A model generated the notes under the pieces. That model saw only the letters and a list, made by a program, of their open reading frames with translations, made no database searches and had not been told where the DNA came from. 64,000 nt of DNA from Nymphaea colorata (lineage: Eukaryota). The stretch is from assembly GCF_008831285.2 (NCBI RefSeq), contig NC_045138.2, forward strand, positions 13,888,001 through 13,952,000, given 5' to 3'. The translations under genes and the position numbers were made by a program. Shown piece after piece: positions 1-14,000 of the stretch (within the stretch, counting starts at the first letter, position 1; the number at the start of each line of letters is the position of its first letter).

Positions 1-57
1 CTTATTTCATTAGGCCATTTTAACATGTTGAACATCAAAGTGGGTAGGATGTGATGG

Positions 58-119
58 TGAAGGCCGTCCCCAAACATGAAGTAACCATCTTGAAGGCCGT
101 CCCCAAATATGAAGTAACT
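58..119. repeat. 33-bp-period tandem duplication in intron
   Basis: TGAAGGCCGTCCCCAAA(C/T)ATGAAGTAAC occurs at 58 and 91. Confidence 0.9.
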
Positions 120-589
120 ACAGAAAAAGTTCCATTAATTGTCATGGTAATAGCAAATAATTATTTCACTTTTGATGCCTATTTTCCCAAATGAAAGAAA
201 CACCAATTTTAATCATTTCATTAAAACTTTGTTACTATTTCACAAAATTGCAATTCCATGTTCAACATCATGGAAAATTATTAATAATTTCTTCCATATT
301 TAAAAGAACCAAAAATTCTCTTTTATGGAAGCAGTGAGTTTCAAAGGAATCAGATGAGTAAGCAAATTCAGCTTATATTTAGAAAAATAAAGATGATTCC
401 AAAACATCATGAAGGAACAAGTTTGGCAAGTTCCATGCACTCCATGTGGAACAAAGACTAGTGGAAGTGTGACAAATACACATCCATTCCACAGGTTCCC
501 ACAGAAAATACAAGATACCAACAACAATGAGCAGTTAGTTGGCACAGAAACAAGCAACAAGCTTTAAAAACAAGACACATTGAGCTTGC

Positions 590-3500
590 CTGATAATGTT
601 CACCATACTCTGCAACAGCAAAGATTTCATTTATCTGATGATCACTGTAAAATGATGAACATGTCAACAACATTATGCAAAGAATTAGGAAATGCCACCG
701 ATCCATGGTGAAAAAGATTGAAACATGTACGATGAGACAATGGCCAACCTGATCAGCTTCTGCGGAGTCACAGAAGTTCCAGCTTTCAGAAGGACTGTAT
801 GCATACTCATATCTACAAGGACTGCGTGAAACGCATCAAAGTGAAGAGGGCAGTATGAGTGCAAGCCTAGAAGTGCTTTTGGAGGAACACGAAGTTCATG
901 AACTGCAGCAGTTGAAGAATCCAGAGAAGCCTGCAGTTCAGAACTGAGAAACAAATGCTTTACTACAGCAGGTAACACATTCTCAACCAAGGATAGGTCC
1001 TTGTATGTATCACAACAGAAAAAAATTAAATAAAGCACAAAACTGCCCTAGAAAATTAAACAACATATGGTCTTTGAACTAGCAATTCAAAGTCTCAAAT
1101 GACTATAGATGAACATCAGCTTACATGTCTTCACTTATTGGAGCATAATGAAGCTCAAATTTCAGTATTACCGCAGAAGCCGATGAACTCTGAAAATTTA
1201 ATGACATCAGAAATCATATTGAGAAAGCGTGTCAAGATTGACAAATGGAAAAGAAATAGATGATCATAAGTTTGAACTTTACATGATACAAAGTTCTACG
1301 AGAACTTGAGAATAAACATTGAAGCAGAAGGCCAACTAACTATAGAGTATAGAGTCATAGACTTACCTCATCCAGATCTAGAGCTAAATTAAAGGATATC
1401 ATCACAGAAAGATGCACATCCTGCCTTGCATATTTGATTCGGAAAGGCTGAGTCGAAAAACTGTGATCTATGTCACTTATTCTCCAAATGGTATAGATAT
1501 CATCACTACCTAAATCTGGCGCTGCATAAGCACCCATAAAGTGTCAAACGTCATTCTTCATTCCAAAAAACATGATTTGCTTCACAAGGCACTCAGGCAA
1601 TGTTAATATGCACAATGCAGTAAATGATATTTCATGCATATCTGTATAGTCAAAGGTGCTACATGCAGTAAGAAAGCCTAGGCAGGGATCTAGATGGGCA
1701 CCTATAGAAAGTCTAGTCAGCGCTAGTTACCACAAAGGAAAAAAGGAGAAAAGAAAAAAGAAAAAAACAGAAAGGTCGAATAAATAAGAAATAAAGGAGA
1801 AGAAACAAATGGGAAAATAAAAAGAAGAAAGAAGTGATGAGATACGGGTTCTGAAACTTCTCCACCCCAACCAAGCACCATAAGATTTGAAGACATAAGA
1901 AGACTTCAAAGTTTAGAAGTTGACAAAAGAGAAAATCTGGCCATCTATGTACTTATGTTTCTCTTAACCCGCCTAGGCTCGCTTTTTGAATACAAACCTA
2001 TCCATAGATAAAAAGGTTTAAAGCTTGACGAATCAGCTCAGTGACTTGGCTGACCCGGACCCACTAGGCCCCCTACTGGGTTAACCCAGTAGGGTGAACT
2101 TCCAAAACTCATTGACGCTCATACCAAATACGTTTGACTTGGCTGAGTCACTAGTCATCCAAGAGTCAGGCAGACTAGATTGAATTTTTCCCACAAAAGC
2201 TTGGGTAAAATTTTTTGTTGACTGGAGTTACTCTTAACTAGTCATGCAATCAAGAAAAAAATGAGCTTTATACATGGGAATCTGCTAAAATGAAAAATTA
2301 ACAACCTTCTTCTTAGTTAAAAGGGTTGTTTAAGACAAGAAATCCGACGATTAGGATTTCACAGTCTCTTCCTGCACTGCAGCACTCTTCCAGCTTGAAC
2401 AGAAATTTCACAACCAGTTTCCAGTGACTTGTACCAGCATGAACAAAGATTGTGGATTGAACAAAGATTCCATCAACCAGGAAGCACATTGAAGGTATGT
2501 TGTTTCTTCTTCTTAAAATTATAACACTGATTTTCAATCTTTGCCCAATTTTTTTTCATTTTCCGACATCTCTCTCTCTCTCTCTCTCCCCCTGTGTGTG
2601 TGTGTGTGTTTTTCTGTTTTTGGGCTCCAAACTGAAAAAGAACCTTGCTTTTTCAGTGGATGTCTTGCCTGAAGTGCAAAGTTCTTTTTTTTTTTCTTTT
2701 TTTTTTTTGAGGGAGGGAGGGGAGGGTGTGTGGTGGTGTGGGTTCCAAGTTCCAACTGAGGTTTTTAACAGTCTAATCAGTTTCTTAATTCTAACCTATT
2801 GGAACATAAAATTAATTAATTAATTATTGTTAACTTATTAAATTAGCAGATTCCATGTAAAACATAACTAAGATTTGTTTATGTTTAAATGACAACTTAT
2901 ATACTGTTCTTCAAAAAAAAAAAATGTTAACAAAACCCAGCCCAAGCCACCAAGTGGACACGGTGAGTCACAAGTCGATAGTGGACCAGCCGAGTCCCTT
3001 GGGACTGCATTTTAAAACATTTGATAATTGAGGAAAAGACATAGCCAAAAACACGAAAAAACTGAACTATAATATAATATCTCATAATAGCTTCTACCTT
3101 CTGTCGTAAATCCATAAAAAAGAACCAGAATGGGAGGAGATTTACGATAATAGGTAACTCATAGCTACGCATAACTTGAAGATGCAGAAGGAAGTCAAGA
3201 AATTCTTAACTGTTGTCCCTTGGAATTTATGATGATTCTTCACACTCAGTCAAAACTTTGCACACATTCATGTTTCAAAGTCAGAATTGAGAACTATAAG
3301 ATTAATCTTTCTTCCATGTATAGGAAGACAGAAGTTGAGAAATCCCACTAGATATCCTGTGGGAAAATTACCATGCCTAATCAAATGAAGCCGCCGAGTG
3401 ACCATAAAGTTTAAGCAGCAAGTTGCTAGAATTTCATGACAGACACAATAGATGGCTTTAGCAATTATAGTTGCATCAATATAATATTGAAAGCAAGTTG

Positions 3501-4972
3501 CACATTAAGACCAGGACTTGATCTGAGACTGCAGAAATCAGAATGAATAGGATAAGTTACAGCCAATCAACCACAGTATTCAACATATTAGGGTCAGACT
3601 TTTTCAAGTTTCTGAGCTTGATGATTGTTTTCTGAAGCAAGGTGGTGCACGGTGCAGCTGGCCATGTAAATTGCACTTGAAATCATGAAAGTAGCAATTT
3701 TCATACAGCTGCCATGTCACATAGCAGGCAAAATGCTGAAACCCCAAATTATCCAACTGTAATCAGCAAGCATTGCCAAGGCGGGTGTTTATACTTTATT
3801 GATTTGATAATTTGGTTCATGATTTCGTTTGTCCATTCCTTCAAACATTGACACCTATTGAATGAATTTTGGCACCATACGGTGAACGGTGAAAATGATC
3901 AGACTGCCCATAGTAGCATCTTTGTAGAATTTGTAACCTTCCCAAATTCCTATGGACCATCACCCACATTATGGTTTCCCTTGAACTGGGTGCACCAGAG
4001 AAAGCTTTCATACTTGACTTTTTTCAAGATTGTTATCCCAAACCACATGTCTGCACTATGTGATGGTACCATGAAAATGTGCTCCATCAGCAATCGGAGG
4101 TACTTGGACAGTTGGACTAGTAAATTAACTTTATCATTGTGCAACGGACTACGAATTTACCAGCTTTACAAAGGGCATTATTACTAATCAGAGTTCCTAC
4201 TCGCGTATTAACTTAAACTCAAAATGAACACGCAGTTCAATATAAACTTCATATTGCGGCTCAAACTCACAATAAGCATAATAAAGAAAATCCTCCTGCA
4301 GCCTCTCTCTTTCTCGGAGCTAATAAATCTCAGAGCTCCAAACATTTCAAATAGTAAAACTCCTTTCCATTTCGGAAGTTTACATTGATGAAGAATTACT
4401 TCAGACATCAAAGATCCAGATAAATTGAGTGTCATGAACGTTGATTAAGCACAGATGGAAGTCAGAATAAAACTCCAAAAACAAAAAAACAAAAACGCAT
4501 TTCCTCCCAAGAAAAGAAAGCGAACAAAGAAAAGATTTCGCTTAGAAGGGCTACCTTCATACTGAACGACTCGTGCCGGCGTTCCAGGTGATCTATGTTC
4601 ACCATCCTCCCATCTCATAGTAATTTTTATCTGATACCATCTGCGCAGGCATCAAACTCAAAAAATCAGAGCACAAAACCCTAAGAGAGTTCCAATTCAA
4701 ATTCACTGACTAAAAATCAAAAAGAAGAAAAGAAATACAAAAAGAAAGAAAAGGGAAAATTCTAATTTCGAAATGACTAACCCTTGCTGGAACAGGTCAA
4801 GATTGTGGAACCTGTGGATATAGACCCCGACCTCCTGCGCCAACTCAAACATGCCCGGATTCACCGCAGCCCCCCGATGCACCGACCCCGCATCAATCAA
4901 CCGTCTCGTGGGCGTGACGGCCGCAGCGCCCTTGGAATTCAGACCGATGAAGTTCCGGAAGCGCCGGAACAT
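590..4972 (-). CDS. FAM135-like / DUF676 putative serine esterase family protein, 5' part (gene continues beyond the left edge)
   Basis: Exons read on - strand with GT-AG borders and continuous phase: 4972-4782 (MFRRFRNFIGLN...QEVGVYIHRFHNLDLFQQG), 4640-4555 (WYQIKITMRWED...PARVVQYE), 1521-1367 (APDLGSDDIY...FSTQPFRIKYARQDVHLS), 1189-1125 (SAVILKFELHYAP), 943-749 (AVHELRVPPKALLGLHSYCPLHFDAFHAVLVD), 644-~590 (end uncertain). The motifs HRFHNLDLFQQGWYQIK and GLHSYCPxHFDAFH are recalled as typical of plant FAM135-like proteins. Confidence 0.88.
2071..2094. repeat. Perfect 24-bp palindrome within an intronic TE-like relic
   Basis: CCCTACTGGGTT|AACCCAGTAGGG is its own reverse complement; flanks are rich in TGACT/AGTCA motifs. 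Confidence 0.85.
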
Positions 4973-5276
4973 AAGTGACAGGAAGAAGCGGCCCGCGACC
5001 GCGGCATGCCGGAGCTCTAGTCCCCCCTCGGATCCCGCGATCGGCGGCACGAATCTTCGCTAGCTCGCGATGGCATCCGAAACAATAACCGGAGATCGCC
5101 AGAAAAAAGTAACGACGAATTCCAAGAGAGATAGGCTTCCGTACGCCAGGAAACAGGCGATCCCGCAGAGTTTCCTGTCTTTCCAGACTCTTTTCTTCCT
5201 TCCCTGCAGGGAGAAGCTTTTCTCCTTCTCTGAGGTCAAAAAGAACCAAATCCCGTGACGTCGTCGAGGTCTGTGC

Positions 5277-5307
<31 letters not shown>

Positions 5308-6612
5308 TATGTACACAAAAATTGCGGGTGACGTCTCTCTCTGTTGTTTCCGCGCGCCTGCGTCATAGGCATTAAACGGGCCGGGTTTCTGATCGAACCT
5401 TAATTTATTAAATAATCATCCCAAAAAATCGGTTTTGGATCGAATCGGCAAGGCTGGGATTCCATGAATCGGCTCATTCTGCCGTTCAGTTGAATCGGTG
5501 GTGAATTGGGAAAACTATTAAAAGATTATTCAAAAACATTTAATTAAAATAAGTGAAAAATAAGGCATCGTTCTCTTACATTGCCCACCAATCAGTTTGG
5601 TTTGGTTTGATATCCCCTTAAATTTTACAATTTTGCAACCCATATTAGTAATTAAATAAATGAAACTTTTCAAAAAAAAAATGTATTTAAATTGAACGAG
5701 ATAACAAAACCAGTGTTATTTAAAATTTAAAAAGCAAAATTTAGGATGCATCGAACCTATAAACATTATCGTCATATGTTTTTTTTTCAGAAAAAGAAGA
5801 AAAATCTAAAGAACATGAAAAGAAAACTTTCAATTGTTAAAAATAAAAATTGTTTGACACATGATATCTTTGAATCGACCCTTAGACCATTCACGATCCG
5901 ATTCAAGACGATAGACAGGAACCGGCAAAGGAAAAAGACGGTTAATAGGGCGCCAGAAAAGAGGTTAAAAAAGGAAGGATTCGGCATCCGTGTTCTTTTC
6001 CGCGGGCATCCGTCTGTTGGTCGACAATTAAATCGAGCAGAAGTTTAACCGGGCGAGCTAGTGGGGCAGGCGTTTTCCATTTCTTCTCAAACACGGCAAA
6101 AAGTTTTGTCTAGTTGAAGCCAGGATTATCAAGGAAAAATGCTTTTAGGAGGACAAAAACTTACTTTTTCACCACTTGGATTTCTTGGTTTGTTTAGTTA
6201 GCCAGCCAGCTGCACATGGGCATTCATTACTGTTGTTTTTGTTTTTATTTGCAGTTTTGGATGTTTATAATCATGGAGCACATGCTATCTTGGTTTATGT
6301 ACATTCTTAAATCTGGTTGGTGCTTATCCATATATAATTGAGATAGCAAGGAATTGGTTGGAGTTAGCTCCCTGGAGCAGAGTATCTATTTTTATATGTT
6401 TAGTCACATAAAAACTTTGTGGACACTCTGTTAGTAGCGTGTGTGTGTGTGTATACATGTGATGTAGAAGTTTGTTTTTCACATAATGCAAACTTCATTC
6501 CATCTTTTTAGGCAGAGTTTCATTTCTACCTTATGCAATACATCTTGGACAAATATGCATCATGGTAATTGGTTCTTAACAATAACTTTAATGACGGATT
6601 GGAATAATTGAT

Positions 6613-6643
<31 letters not shown>

Positions 6644-8269
6644 TTCATGTCAACCTGTATGCATATTCAAATTTTAATCATTCAGTTTTTAATGCATCGA
6701 TTAAACCTAGTTAGTTTGGTTGGTCCAACTTCTTGTTAAAGCTTTTATGTTAATGCATGTTACTACCACACAAAACTATAGATTCTTGAATTTACTTCTC
6801 ATGTGCTATATGTGTGGTGTTGTTTGCTCATGTACATGCGTATTCGCTTGCTTGCAGCTAGCATTAATTTTTCAACTTCATTATATAAGCTAATCGCAGT
6901 TCCTATCTCCATCATACCAAGCTCTAGTTGCTATCTAAACCAACCTTAATTTATTCTACCAACAGTTTGGAAGTTCATGAGAGTTGGTACCTGCAGGTGT
7001 GGGTGCAGTGAGAGAACGATCCAAACATCAAATACTATACACGAAAAATTAATAAAATGGCATTAAATATACATTTTTCTTCGTATTTTGTTGACAGAAT
7101 TCCAGAAAATAGCAAAAATGAAATCCACCGTCTCCAAAACCCAATAACAAGATCACAAGATGCAATATTTTTGGTTATTTTGGAAACGATTTTTGTAAGA
7201 ATAAGCTTCTCTTCACGTTGGTCGTCTCCGGAAGCATACCAAATGAACCCACCATGAACGACAAATAATTGAATATATCTTCAAATTCTCGTAGGCTGTC
7301 GTCTGTTGGATCATATATAGCTTTTTGGTAGCTCAATTGGATTAGGAATGAGTGAGATGTGTAGGGAAAGATGAGACCAAAGTAAAGTGGATTGGTTGTT
7401 ATGTGTTTGGCAATCTCCCAAAGTTGGCCAAATTTGCTTAAATAATGGAGACAACCACACAGTGAAACAGAATAGTGCAGTCTTGTATCAGTACAGATAG
7501 GTTTCCTGAAACTGAGAGAAATTGGAAACCAGAAAGATATGAAAAGTTGAAGAAAAAAAGAACACTTGTTAGACCAAAGTCGAGAGATGTACATTGCAAA
7601 AGGAATCGTATACTCTACTGCTGCTGCCAGCTCTGCGCAACTTACAAGGGCACAACAGTGTCACAGTACTGAAAACAGATGCCTAAAATCATAAAGTAGG
7701 GACTTGGATCCAGTTTGTTTATCCTTTTGATATATGCACCTTGCACATTGTAGTGGGTGCATGCGAATGGGTTGGATTTGGTAAGACGAGTGGATATACA
7801 GAAGAATGTAACTTTTCAAACTGTTCATTATCGGACTTAAGATCTGGAGGAATTTGAATCAAATAAAAAAAGATAATGACGGAGATAACGTTTATATATA
7901 TATATATATATACATACTGAGCGGCCATCTCGAGAAATGTAAAGATGGGTGGCCAGCAGATGTGGGGCGGCATGCTTTTATAAATCGGATCTGGAGCACC
8001 TAGCAGCATTTCTAGTCGGGTCTTTAGTCGTATCAGTATAGCAAAAGGAGCTTTACAACTCTTGTATCAGATCCGGCTCATTTGCTACCCTAAGGTCTAC
8101 CTTGCAATATCAAATGAAAATGAACGACTCCATCGGCTTTTCTTCGTCTTCTCTAATAACAAATTTGACCATGTGGTCAAACGTTGTTATGTTATGAATT
8201 TAGAAAAAATAGGGATTTATAATGAACAAATTCTACCGGGAATTGTTCATAAGAGCCAACATCTGGGTC

Positions 8270-9160
8270 CTAAGGGTGTTGATGGATATCAGACACCTGA
8301 CCGGAATACCTCAAAAAAGGCGGCACAGAAAAAACGTCCAATGAAGGAATCAATCAAATCAGATTTAGATTTAGATTTAGATTTTAAAAAATTACCTCCA
8401 ATCATATTTGGATATGGTGTCGGATTTAAATAAGTATCCAACGAGATTCAGTTATAAACAAATATTCTACAGCTTAGATCCATATGTTTTGAAAGTCTGT
8501 TGCTCATGATACATTTTATAAATATAATGTTACGGACAAAATTAAAGTTGAAGGGTCTACCATACTACCACACAGATCTTGAATAGAAGTGGAGCCACAC
8601 ATGGTCTGGTGTGGGCAATTGCCCACACCAACCCCACAAAGCACCTTTATGTCTACATTACTATCTTCAAATATTTGACTATTTATGTTTATTGTTGCCC
8701 CTCTACGTATGGAAGTTTTGGATTAGTGCTTTCCAACCAAAATTTCAACCTCCACCACGGGTTCCGATCCGAAGCAGCTTTGGACCTTAGAAAGCTGGGG
8801 GGAAGTGGGGTGACTTCTGCCTCCCGCATACCACCCTCAACTCCGTTGATCTTAATATATCATAATAGAGCTCTCGATTCAGTTGTGTATTTAAAAATCG
8901 GATTTGGACGGGGAAAACAAAACTCAGATTCAGAATTGTAATTCTACAAATCATGTTAGAATATGGTTTAAACCTTTCTTTACTTGTATTCAAATCTGGA
9001 TTAGTAAAGCTATACGGATATGCAAATGCCATCAAGTGGATAATAAAACTGCCCGCAGCCAAGCGGAATCTGAACCGTCCATCGCTCATTTTATCATCTA
9101 ATTGGATCTGAAATGCTGAATCCAACAATATAGATTTGGGTCGATCTTGATTATTCCCTT
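8270..9160. mobile_element. Degenerate hAT-type (ATCCGA/TCGGAT-rich) non-autonomous relics
   Basis: TAAGGGTGTTGATGGATATC at ~8271 resembles the TIR of the 27601 element; decayed GGATTT/AATCC repeats at 8360-8460 and 8760-9140. Confidence 0.5.
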
Positions 9161-10863
9161 ACATCTTGCCGTATATATATATGATTATTTGATAAATAAG
9201 GGTAGGGCCAAATGCCAACCAACTTTTCTTTTCCCGGGGAACAATATACAACTTTTAAAATCTCCACTGAAATAATCCACTGGGACCCAATTAAAAATAT
9301 TTAGAAATTTTAGGAGTAAAATGTTAATTTTAATTTCAAAAACCATGGCCCCAGCCGCTATAATGTTCGATTGGAGACCCGACCTGGGCTGGGCTTAGGT
9401 TCTGTCGTTCGAGCCAAGGCTCATGCTTATCCTGAATTGATCGGTTACTGTCGGTCTAAAAATGCAAAATAAGAATGTGAATCTCTACTTACCAAAATAA
9501 GAATTCCAATAATAATAATAATAATAATGTAATAATAATAACAACAACAACAAAAAACACTTACAAATTTGACAACGATTGGAAATGTGCCAAAATTTTT
9601 CCCTATTTAATAAGAAAAGCTGCAAAGGTTACACTTGCCCGCTTTTTAATTTGCCAAATAATTGTTAAATCAGTGAAAGATGCTATTTCGCCCCCCAAAC
9701 AATAAAAATACAGTTAACTTTGATAAAACGCTTAAGTTTTAAATTCTTGAATAACTTTCTAGCACTAACAAAGAAAGCAAGGTTATTAACTTTCTAGAGT
9801 GTGTTAGTTATCAGTAAAAAACTAAGTTGAGTATAACTGATCATGTGTTGATATTATTGAATATAATTAGATATGTTAATAACTTAAAATAGTCTTCGTT
9901 GATCGAAAATATTTTAGTCTTCGTTTCACATGCATTAACTATAGCTTGAGTTAGAAATTATAATCTCGTTAATATGCTTTGTATACATAAAAAATGAGAA
10001 GTGTTTTTTTTTTAATGATTTAAGCTGCTAAAAGGGGATTAATCTTATTATTGATTATTTAGTAGACCATAATGCGAGAGCATACATATTAAAAATTGGC
10101 AGGTTTTTATTGTTCTCTTTCATCCTTGAAGAAAAAGATGCGACACCTGCTTTCATAAAGGTGAACAACCAACATCTTAGATTGGAAGAGAGCATGCATG
10201 TTCCCTGATCAGCAAATAAACGACAAAATAACATGCTTAGCGGCTTGATTTAAATCAAATGCGCAATTTTTTATTGTGTTTGTCTTCTCTCATCATTCGC
10301 CTATAGGAAATTGCCTGATGATTCAAAGACAGTGGAACTACTGTCACAAATCCATTGCTTTGTTACTTAACCACGGTTAGCAGCTTGTTTTGGTAATAGA
10401 CTCGAAAAAATAAGTTTATTCATTGAAAAGAGAACCATACTGATACGGTTGCTGCTTGGTAATCAGAGTTTGCTTGTTATGGAGAAACAGAAAGAGAGAA
10501 AAAAAAAAAGACGAAAAGACAAATTTGATTGAGAAGTTTATTTTAATTGACAAATTTAATCATAAGACTAATCAGTTTTAAATACTTAATCAATAGACAG
10601 TCATCCGAAATTTTCCTGTCATGTAAAAAAAACGAGTCTAAAGAACTCATTTCTCGTAACCAGTTTCAACTGTCGAATGCCGAGGAAAATTTTCCCAATT
10701 CCTTCTTGTCTTCCAAACGCTAACATTTCTCACCAAGGGGAGAAAGCCAACCGTTTCTAACGCGTACAAATATGGCCTTTCATTCTACTTGATGGTCACT
10801 TATGTCCTCTCTCTCTCTCTCTTATTTCTCTCTCTCACACACACATACACAAACACACATACA

Positions 10864-11065
10864 CAAGCAGAGCCAAGGGGTCTCAGTGGGGGTCTTGGCC
10901 TCCCTAAAAAAAAATTACATGTAAATTTTGAAAAAAAATTACATGTAAATTTTGAAAAAAAATATTTATCCTATATAAAAATTTTGAAAAATTATAACTC
11001 AGCTCCTATCAAAATTTTGAGACTATAATTAAGCCCTCATAAAAAAATTCTAACTCTGCCCTTGC
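10864..11065. mobile_element. MITE-like element (CAGGGGCGGAG-type ends, degenerate)
   Basis: Ends ...GCAGAGCCAAGGGG and CTCTGCCCTTG; AT-rich core (AAAATTACATGTAAATTTT...AAAATTTTGAAAAAT) visibly similar to 53387-53576. Confidence 0.6.
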
Positions 11066-14000
11066 ACAGACACAAGCACATATGGTTGTGGCCATGTTTA
11101 TCAAACACAAACACATGGTTGTGGGCATGTTTATCATGATTATGATGACTGAGGACCATATAGAAATTAAAAAATTAAATGGTTACTAATGTTTACCAAG
11201 ATTATGATGAATGAGAACCACATGGAAACTGCCCTCTCATCATTATGATAATTGAGAGCTACATGCATGGAAGCTTCTCTCTCTCTCTCTCCCCCCACCC
11301 CTCCTCTCTTTTTATTTTTAATATGGTAGGGGACATTCTATCATGATTGAGCACCATGTGGGGATAACAGTGACGATGGTGACTAGTCAAAGTGGAGGAT
11401 CAAGCATGCATGCATGCATGCAGAACAATATCTTTATCCTTAGATCTCTAAGTGATCTTAAACACCAAAGCTGATGTAACTGAGGTACCCAGTTGTGCCA
11501 ATGGTACTACTACTAGACCTTCATCCCCACCCATCTCGATCATCATCATCATGGCCATCAACTTGATGATTGCTTTCATGAATCATGGCCATATGCTCAT
11601 GTCCTTTTCTGCCCCCAACAATGGATCGGGGCGCAGATATTCGCCTTCAGATCCGATGCCCGTACGTCGGTACTACCATATCCCATTTTCATAAAATTTG
11701 AACTCACTCTCAATCTAATAACAGTATGTATAGATTCGACGAATAGAGATACTAGTTTTTAATGAACTAGATTATCAAATCAATCACCGAGTTTCATAAC
11801 AGTGGTTTAAAGAACTGCCATTGCCAAAATATAATATACAGTTCATAAGTCGGCATAAAGCGTTGCTTTGTACTTTTTTAATTGCTTCACCTGTCATTTC
11901 CCTGTTAGTCTTTTATAAGGACTAAACAAAGTCTTCTTAAGTCGTTTATGGTGTTCCTGACAGGCACGCTTTTTTTAAATTTTTCCCAGTCATCTTGTTG
12001 CATAGTAGTACTTAATTCGTTGAATTAATTGGCCATGGTAGTTGTCAGGAGCTATCCTGACTTGGATTCATTCTTTATTTCACCTTTTGTTCTCGGCAGA
12101 GATAGAGAGAAAGATGCGGAGGTTTGACCCCAGCATAGTTCATCAATATCTTTTGTTTTACCGTAAGAGGTATACATCACTATCAAAACATCATCATCCT
12201 GTAAAGCCATCCTAAAAATATGATCACCATCTCGTGTCATCACCATCTTCATTGGAATTACTGTGCGCAGAGTTTTCCACCACTGAGCAGCAAGCCGTAG
12301 CGTTCTTTTATCTTATCTTTTTGGGGTAGAGAGACATCTCATATCCTTTTTTGCCGCATAAAAAGTTTTAAATGAAAACCAACCACCTACCAATCTCTGT
12401 CACATCTATTGCGCAAATTCTTTTGGAGATTGCCTCTTCCCATCTCATATTTCATCCTAAACGCGTTATCAACTTCCAAATAACCAAATGTGCCATGTCC
12501 GTGTAATCGTTATCAATATCTACTACCTCCATAACTCTCTCTCTCTCTCTCTCTCTGAGTGTGTTTTTGTGTGTCTATGCAATGAATGAGCTCCCACTTG
12601 CCTGAGTTTTGTTCTTTTCCTGTGGCCGTCCATATACATTTCACTGATCCTTCAAGTACTCGTGGCTTCCATTTCTCTCTCTCTTATCTAGAGTCCATCT
12701 GCCAAACTTCAAAACCCAACATCCAGAATCTTATGGGCTGACCCACATGCCCTTATGTCTGCATCTTTGGCTCCTCATTCACACCGCCGAATCTGGACCG
12801 TCTGCTTCTCAAGAACAAGCAATCCTGGCCCCCAGATTTGTGATGCCCACGAGCACATGTGTGCTGTATGTAAGACACATTCAATTGTTCACCTTTTTAT
12901 GGAGCAATGAACCGAATGAGATCTGGTTGATGAACATATGACCACCCAAAAATACAGGTCAGAGGAATAGCAGAGATGACCAATCTTGAAAAAATCAGAG
13001 CCAATTAAGGGAAGAAGATGGAGCACAGGCCAGAATATATTATACCTCGATATTGTTTGAGGTCGTGGCCCTTTTTCAGTTGCTGCCATCAAGGAAAGGC
13101 CGCAGGCACTTTTCCGGTAACAGCGGCCTTGGGATCGGAGTCCTAAGATATGCTCCGCCACTTGCAGGCGGCTGTCCGGGGAAAGGTTCGGTGCGCCGTT
13201 GATCATTGGTGGCACTGCTCTTTAGAGAATGGGATCTAAGTACTAGAACCGAGTACCAAGTACTTTTCCACCCCCATGCCAAACACACAGCACTGTAGAG
13301 GCATCAACAGCACTTGGTAAGACCTACAGTACGCACATTACTGTGTTGTTGTGAATAGAGACTCAATCTCACAGTTTCCCAGTTCACCCTAAAGGCATTA
13401 AGCTCATCAGTCTAATAATAACGAAGCGCCCAACTAATATGCCATCTACTAGCCACTAGACCTGGCTGATGCACCAAACCCCTCCGAACTAAATATGCAT
13501 AATCATGGTGAAGTTGGGATCTAATATAAGTCCCAAGAACATTTAAGTATATTTATATGAAGTTTTAGGTTGTGCCGATCAAATCTTATCCAGGTAAGCA
13601 TGATCTATGCCGTTATCCACCTTGATTTACCAAAACATTACACAAATTATAGGAGTCATATAACTTCAATCATCCCCAAGATCGTGTCAACTCTTTGTGA
13701 TTGAAAAAACACTTTAGGTCAAGTAACTTTCAACCCAAAACTAGTTTAGTTTATCTAATTAACGATATCAATCTCATATACATGGACGAAAACAACTTGT
13801 GGAAATGACGTACTAAAAATTTGAACATGCCGCAGAATTAACAAGTCTTGATCAACCACGGCTAGCTATTAGTAACCCTATGGGTCTGTGTTGTAGGTCG
13901 ATGAATCCGTCGATCGCGTACGTCAACTTCAGCCATCTTGGACCAACTTATACCAACTTGGTCTTCAAGCCAGGGAAATTGCCTTGAAATGTCAATTTTT

